Shown here in pieces: positions 56,401 through 64,000 of a DNA stretch of 64,000 nucleotides; within the stretch, counting starts at the first letter, position 1; each line of letters starts with the position of its first letter. The stretch comes from Eledone cirrhosa. Its lineage: Eukaryota. The stretch lies in assembly GCA_964016885.1 (NCBI GenBank), contig OZ024750.1, positions 31,744,001 to 31,808,000 on the forward strand, read 5' to 3'. Both the position numbers and the translations under genes were made by a program. The notes beneath the pieces were generated by a model. That model was not told where the DNA came from. It saw only the letters and a list, made by a program, of their open reading frames with translations, and ran no database searches.

Positions 56401-56887
56401 GGGGGCTCTACCCGTTCGAGAGAGGCTCTACAGACACGGGCGCCCGGGCAGGGATCCCTCAAAAAAGATTTGCCCTAGATGCGTGCGTCACGAAGAAACC
56501 GTTGCGCACGCATTGGTGCAATGTCCGGGCGTGGCTGATCTGTGGGGCTACGCCGAACGACTGCTGTCGCGGGTGGCGCCGATTCAATTGACCGCCGAGT
56601 CCGTGATGACAATCAAACCGCCTCCCCTCTTCACAAAGGAAGCAAAGGCGGTTTTTCTGTGCGTAATAGCCATGTTGAAAGAGGTTGTTTGGTGGACACG
56701 ATTGAAAGGTCTGAGGTCAGGCAACTTCCTCTCTGGCCATAGTCTGGTCTACTTCTTCCGATATCACTTCGGAAGAAGGATAAGAATGGAGAGAGAGGTG
56801 CTTGGCCACAGGCAGTTTTATGAAAGGTGGGTGATAGTGGCGAGAATGGCTCGTGTAAATGGGCCTTCTCTGTATACCATCCTGTAG
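53449..56887 (+). pseudogene. ORF2: APE endonuclease, reverse transcriptase and C-terminal zinc motif (TGA at 53569, frameshift at about 53945)
   Basis: MDVLRVGCLNARGL, ICET, VAVYSP, LAGDWN, SYLDRF, TDH (APE); YADD RT; CPRCVRHEETVAHALVQC. Confidence 0.9.
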
Positions 56888-57125
56888 GTAAAGAAGTAAA
56901 GGAGAAGGGAGCACCTTCTCTATGTGCTCCCCGGGCAAAGGATTGCACACTTTTTCGGGGGTGTGTGCAACCCCCATCACGTCCCCTCCCTTTTGAGGTT
57001 ATTTTCGATTATTTTCATGTTACACCCTTTTTACTCGATTATGTAAACTCCCCCTTTGTATTTGTCCCTTCTTTTTATGCCTTTATGGTAAATAAAGAAA
57101 TCTATCTATCTATCTATCATAACGT

Positions 57126-57545
57126 TTTAATATAGAAGAGATTCTACAGGACTAGAACTGTTTCGTTCGTGAGAAATCATCAGGGAGCTGACTGTCCAAG
57201 TAAATATGGTGGTATTTATATCATTTCTGGTGGTAGGAGAGGGTGGGAATTGGGATGGGTGTAGGTCATTGATTGAAAGAAAAGGGAATTCTTTAAAAGC
57301 TAATTCTTTAAAGCTATAATTTATATTTAGAGTGACAAAGGCAGAAAGAATTCTATAAACAAGTTCAAATTGGAGTGCCACTCCTTATTTCTAAGTTTCT
57401 CTTAAGCTAACAATCCCTATATTTAAGGTGTCTACAAGATGGGTGGAGGTCATTGGTTGATGGGTTTAAAGAAAGGGGGTTTCTTTAAACCCATCAACCA
57501 ATGAGCTCCACCCATCCCAATCCCCACCCTCTCCTACAACCAGCT
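57126..57545 (-). mobile_element. PLE module, family A, with hammerhead at about 57138-57189
   Basis: Minus strand CTGATGA-TTTCTCACGAAC-GAAA-CAGTTCTAGTCCTG-TA-GAATCTC; local inversion at about 57438-57515. Confidence 0.7.
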
Positions 57546-57729
57546 TTTAAATAATTCCCCTTACACAAAATACCACAAATACGTATCATATTGGAAATAC
57601 CCGAGGCAAACTGGTTGCTATAGCGATTTCAAGCATATCTAACTTAATAGCAACACCTGTATATATGCATATATACACATATAAAAGCATGCATACAAAC
57701 AAATATACACACACATGCATTTATATATG

Positions 57730-57834
<105 letters not shown>

Positions 57835-58411
57835 GTTAAGTAATTATATAAATATATTGTTTAGACAATTTGGTGAGGCATTGGGAACCCGTAGTTGGAA
57901 ATATTCAAGATACAATTAGATCTAGACGATTGTTTAACGTCTAAAGATGTTGTGCCTCCAGCCGTGAAGAAGATATTAGAGCTAATTTCGACTGATGGAA
58001 TTCTGTTTACAGAGCAGTCTAGATTAAGTAGTTCCCGGGCAAGTGTCTCAACAACAGTCTAGTGCGCATTGTTGCACATTCAGAATGGACATTGTAAAAA
58101 CTAATACATTACTGGTGCATTAACTGTGTTCTCTTTACATGCTATTATGTACTGCAAATATATCTTGATATTTTAGATAACACTGTATGTAATACCAAGA
58201 CATCTTTATAACTAGTATGTAACATAACCATTTTGTCTTAATATACAATATCACCATGGACAGAAAATGGAGCATAAGTCGGACTATTTTCCGTCTTGTT
58301 TTAAGGTTTCATCAAGAACTGTATGTCCTCTTACGTTAGACATAGAAGCATAGCGTACAGACCTCGATTATGAATGACTATCATGCAAATCAGTATCTCT
58401 GACTTAATGGT

Positions 58412-58610
58412 TTCTGATTTAGACACAAGGCCAGCAATTTTTGCGGTGAGGGGAAAGGCGATTACATTGACCCTAGTGCATAATTGGTACTTTATTTTAA
58501 CGACCCCGCAAAGCTAACCTCGGTGGTATCTGAACTCAGAACGTAAAGGGACGTAACTCTGTAATGCAAAGCATGTTGCCCGGCGCTCCACCGATTCTGC
58601 CATTCCACCG
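58412..58610 (-). mobile_element. tRNA-derived SINE copy
   Basis: Reverse complement of consensus, diverged. Confidence 0.75.
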
Positions 58611-59068
58611 GCCTAGTATCTCTGATTTAATTGTAGAGAGTTTATAAACAATGTCTTGTGAACAGTTAAAGTGCGTATTTCTGTGAATGTTGATTCATAA
58701 ATGCAATCAGTCATGGGTAATAGCCTAAAGCAGGATGGGAACTCGTTCGTTTAAAAGACCTTTAATTTTCACAAATAAAAGACAACTTTTTGCGGAATCT
58801 GGCTACAAATCGAAGGTTGAATCAAATTATTGCTAACACTACACTTATTACCTAAGCAATGATATCGATTATATAACCTGTTATACTGGTGTAATAAAAC
58901 TGCTACTCTTTCTGTCTAGACGACTTACAATCAGGATTGATTACAAATTCATTCTAAAGCAATTTCCCCAAGGAATTTCTATATCAATCTAGGGCGAATC
59001 TGTGTTTAAATTCTTACTTTCTCGTTATAAAATAAGATCATAAAAATATCTTATACTAGGGTCTACTG

Positions 59069-59250
59069 AAAGGCTGAAAAGGTTTTAGGCTGACCAAGAT
59101 GGTATGACGAAATAACGTTTGTTTTTCAACATAGTTCCTAGAAAGAAACAATGTAGTTATTAATAAGAAGAGTTGAAATTAATGCATGGAAGATTTCACA
59201 GTCCTAGCATCACTCCTACATTGTTAACCTATGAATTTTTCAGTCGAACA
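59069..59250. mobile_element. degenerate mariner-type MITE (related end at about 43309-43395)
   Basis: GGCTGAAAAGGTTTTAGG / CCTATGAATTTTTCAGTC inverted ends; shared TAGGC.GACCAAGAT..TTTTCAACA. Confidence 0.4.
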
Positions 59251-60594
59251 ACTTAAGTTAATACGATATGCTAAATGATTTCATTCCATTAAAATATGTA
59301 TTTTTGTTATAAATTTTCGGTCAATATTTTTATTTTGTATTGTTCCCGATATTCGCCAGGCTATTGTTTTATCATAAACATCTGATCTGCATATCACTTT
59401 AATACTATTCATATTTCAAGTCATTGGAAGAATGCGACATGTATACAAATAACTTTTGGTGTAATATTTCAGAAGCTACACATAACTGTTTATATAAAAA
59501 TAGTAATACAATAACTAACAAAGTTCTATTCACCGGGAAAATCTCATGAAACTGAACTGTCGAAGGTTTATCATTTTTCATCGCCAAATCAACTATTTGA
59601 ATTCAATATGCTATAATTATTTGCTCAACCCATTGAGGATGGAAATCTAATTGCTTCAGATCCTGTAGAGAATAAAATAAGATCTAGAAATGTGTTTTAT
59701 TAAATTTATGTTTACTACTCAGTTTTAGGGCCCGTATATTAATGATAAATAATATCTTTGGTTTTAATGTTTATTTATAACTAAGATAGTATTTGAATTG
59801 TGTACGGAACATGCTTCAGAATAACTTATATTTACAACTCAAATTTTAGTAAATATTTAATATTTTGTAAGGGGAGAAACATAAAGCATATATATGGATG
59901 GCGATTTCTGGCGAGAATTACTGCCAGGAAATATTCTCATATCAAAGTAATGATAAAAATGAATATCGTTGTTTTCATCTAATTCATATATTGGTTTCTT
60001 GTTTAGACCCAAGGTCAGTTTTTATTTCATAGATTAATTCTGGGAGCTAACAGGTCTCGTTACCATAAATCAAACTGAATAATTTAACACATGCAATGGG
60101 CCCTCTTTGTGGCGGTTTCTGATTTAGGCACAAGGGAGGGGAAACTCGATCGACCCCGTAGGGATGAAAGGCAAAGCTAACCTCGGTGGGAAACAAGTTA
60201 TCCGACTCTCTATCGATACTTGAATTTGCGATTAATAATGATTCCTGTTCTATTAAATTATTCAAACAAAACAATGCATTTTAAAAAACCAAATCTAAGA
60301 ACTCGTATAATATAATGCAAATACCTTAAGACTTCTTCCTTTTCAGAGCCTATCCGATTTCTTGCATGTACATCGTATATCTTTAGTTTATGTCTGAGGA
60401 AAACACTTCATTTCACATTACTCCAGTATACTCAACTGGAAAGGAGTACCAGCAATAGCTGGGGGATTAACCCATAAACTCACAAACACATTCACACACA
60501 CACACTTAGACACATACCCACACACTCACAAACGCACAGACACGCACACCCACAAACACACACCAACACACAGCCACACGCATACAAAAACTCA

Positions 60595-60645
<51 letters not shown>

Positions 60646-60650
60646 AAATA

Positions 60651-60790
60651 TTGGCGGAGCCAGATAGAATTATTTGAGGTATTCGATCCGGTTCTCTGAT
60701 TTCTCAGTTCAAATCCTGCCAAAGGTCAACTTCGCATTTCGTCCATTCAAAGTCGATTAAAAAGTACTAGTCTCGTACTGGAGTCGAATA
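60651..60790 (+). mobile_element. degenerate tRNA-derived SINE
   Basis: AGTTCAAATCCTGCC..GTCAACTTCGCATTTCGTCC..GTCGAT. Confidence 0.6.
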
Positions 60791-61050
60791 TTCTTTGATG
60801 TCTCTTTCTCATTTCCTATATCACTGCCTCTCTGGAAGAAATCTGCTGTATTCCTCGTCAATTTTCCATCGCTCTATATCATTCTTTCTATGGAAAAATC
60901 GGTAATCCGCAGTGTAGAGAAATGGGTTACATCCGGTTTAAAATGGTAATAATACGACGTGTTTCAGAAATGCGCCGCTAATATACTGTGCCAGAGTTAA
61001 TAGCCTTTACCATTATATATATATCTATCTATATATATATATATATATAT

Positions 61051-61210
61051 ATAGGAACCAGTAAGACCCCGACAGCTGAGCTCAAGCCGTCTCGACGGCT
61101 TGAGCTCAGCTGTCGGGGTCTTACTGGTTCCTATTACCCACTCTACTACCTCAAGTATTGAGTACTTTGGTGCGTTAAGGTCCACCTGGTTCCTTACCAC
61201 ATTTCCTTCG

Positions 61211-61212
<2 letters not shown>
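61051..61212 (+). mobile_element. fold-back short element, family B (palindrome 61051-61134)
   Basis: 41-bp arms with a 2-nt spacer; same 3' end as the 23343 copy. Confidence 0.8.
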
Positions 61213-61261
<49 letters not shown>

Positions 61262-61422
61262 TTGGCGCTCTGAAATAGCTATATATATATATGGATGTAT
61301 ATATAGTGTATTTTGCAATACACTGTATGCTTAATTAAAAGCATTTCGAAGACCTTATGCTATTGTTTTAGAGTAGTGACAGTCTCACTTACTTTAAATT
61401 TTCAGCAAACAGGGGTAGATAA

Positions 61423-61467
61423 AGCTGACAGAGCAATGTTTCGTACTGATTGGTACTTATCAAAGCC
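61423..61467 (-). ncRNA. type I hammerhead ribozyme fold, U3-A8 variant (family C module 61276-61550)
   Basis: GGCT-TTGATAA-GTAC(CAATCA)GTAC-GAAA-CATTGCTCTG-TC-AGCT. Confidence 0.72.
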
Positions 61468-61547
61468 AAGTACGCCACCTGTTTGATGAAAACCATGAAT
61501 GTACTTGGGGTACTTGGCTTTTATAAGTACCAATCAGTACGAAACAT

Positions 61548-62824
<1,277 letters not shown>

Positions 62825-63103
62825 GAGAGAGACCAATATTCACCACCACGTAGTGAAATATAATAGTAGTTGAATAAATCGAGTAAAGTAGTCCTGATGA
62901 CGGCAAAGGATGGATGAAGAAGCAATCGCACAATGAAAGCAAGTATCTCTCGTATCCCTGTTGTGCACTATATATACAGATAATTTTCAGTTAATTTATA
63001 TCTATCCATAACCAATATTTTCCTGATTTGCTCTGTGGCTTGAGTTACAAATGATCTCCAGATATTCGAATTTCATGTTGTATTGAATTATAATCATAAT
63101 AAA

Positions 63104-63815
63104 ATTGTTTCGACTTTTGGCACAAGGCCAGCAATTACCCCAGTGCATTACTGGTACTTTATTTCATCGACCCCGTAAGGATGAAAGGTAAAGTTAACCT
63201 TGGCGGGATTTGAACTCAGAATGGCTAGGGCCGTAACTCTATGCGTCAAAGCATGGCGTCCGACCCTCTACCGATACTGCCAATCCACCGCCTTTTATAA
63301 TCATTATTATGTTCAAATCCCGCCGAGGTTGACTTTGCCTTTCATCCTTACGGGGTCGATAAAATATAGTACCAGTAATGCACTGGGTATTTGCTGGCCT
63401 TGTGCCTAAATTAGAAACAATTATTATTGTGAATTGGCAGTATCGGTAGAGGGTTGGACGTCATGCTTTCTAGCATAGTTACGTCCCTTTATGGTCTGAG
63501 TTCAAATCCCGTCGAGGTTAACTTTGCCTTTTATCCTTATGAGGTCGATAAAATAAAGTACCAGTAATACACTGGGTAATTGCTGGCCTTGTTCCAAAAG
63601 TAGAAACAATTATTATTATAATCATAGGGCGATGGATTGGCAGTATCGGTAGAGGGTCGGACACCATGCTTTCCAGCATAGTTACGTCCCTTTTCGATGT
63701 GAGTTCAAATCCCGCCGAGGTTGACTTTGCCTTTCATCCTTACGGGGTCGATAAAATAAAGTACCAGTAATGTACTGAGTATTTGCTGGCCTTGTGCCTA
63801 AAGTAGAAACAATTA
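63104..63815. mobile_element. cluster of four SINE copies: one minus (63104-63293) then three plus (63310-63425, 63428-63612, 63626-63815)
   Basis: Consensus matches in both orientations. Confidence 0.88.
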
Positions 63816-64000
63816 TTATTATAATCATAATATAATAAAGGGAGGAGTGCGGGACTGTGTCCTGAATATATTTTTTTATCCCGTTAGTAAAATAATTTGA
63901 ATTACTTTGTATAAATAATGAATGAATATTACATAATTTATCTACTAAATTTCGTAGCTGTTGATTAAACATAAATATTCGTACATATAATTGTTTCTAC

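Larger units (their letters stand above)
51304..57100 (+). mobile_element. near full-length Tx1-clade non-LTR retrotransposon, copy 3 (diverged subfamily)
   Basis: 5' UTR, ORF1, APE-RT ORF2, 3' UTR ending AATAAAGAAA then (TCTA)n at 57101-57118. Confidence 0.92.

Noticed and set aside
57865-58062. Coding-looking stretch ([14 protein letters not shown].. or LDDCLTSKDVVPPAVKK..)
   Set aside because: Two competing short frames and no recognisable homology; cannot be supported without RNA data
62886-62945. CTGATGA motif in a (TA)n-flanked module
   Set aside because: No closing stem II with GAAA could be formed

Overview
AT-rich, microsatellite-saturated animal genomic DNA; the repeat content suggests a cephalopod (probably Octopus), which is an inference. 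No host gene can be confidently called, and almost all long ORFs in the track are (TA)n/(CA)n artefacts. Supported content: (1) a head-to-tail array of three Tx1-clade (L1-group) non-LTR retrotransposons (47020-57100; one near full-length with ORF1 and APE-RT ORF2, two 5'-truncated), each bounded on both sides by (TCTA)n, suggesting a microsatellite-targeting LINE; (2) many short Penelope-like (PLE) modules, mostly in or beside (TA)n tracts, from several unrelated families, carrying minimal type I hammerhead ribozyme folds, including two families with a compensatory U3-A8 core and frequent inverted-arm fold-back structure, plus two PLE coding remnants (RT C-terminus/GIY-YIG); (3) about 20 copies of a tRNA-derived SINE; (4) non-autonomous Helitrons, a tandem bipartite RTE element, a mariner remnant, MITEs and a 5S rRNA-derived fragment. 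All RNA folds and alignments were done by eye.
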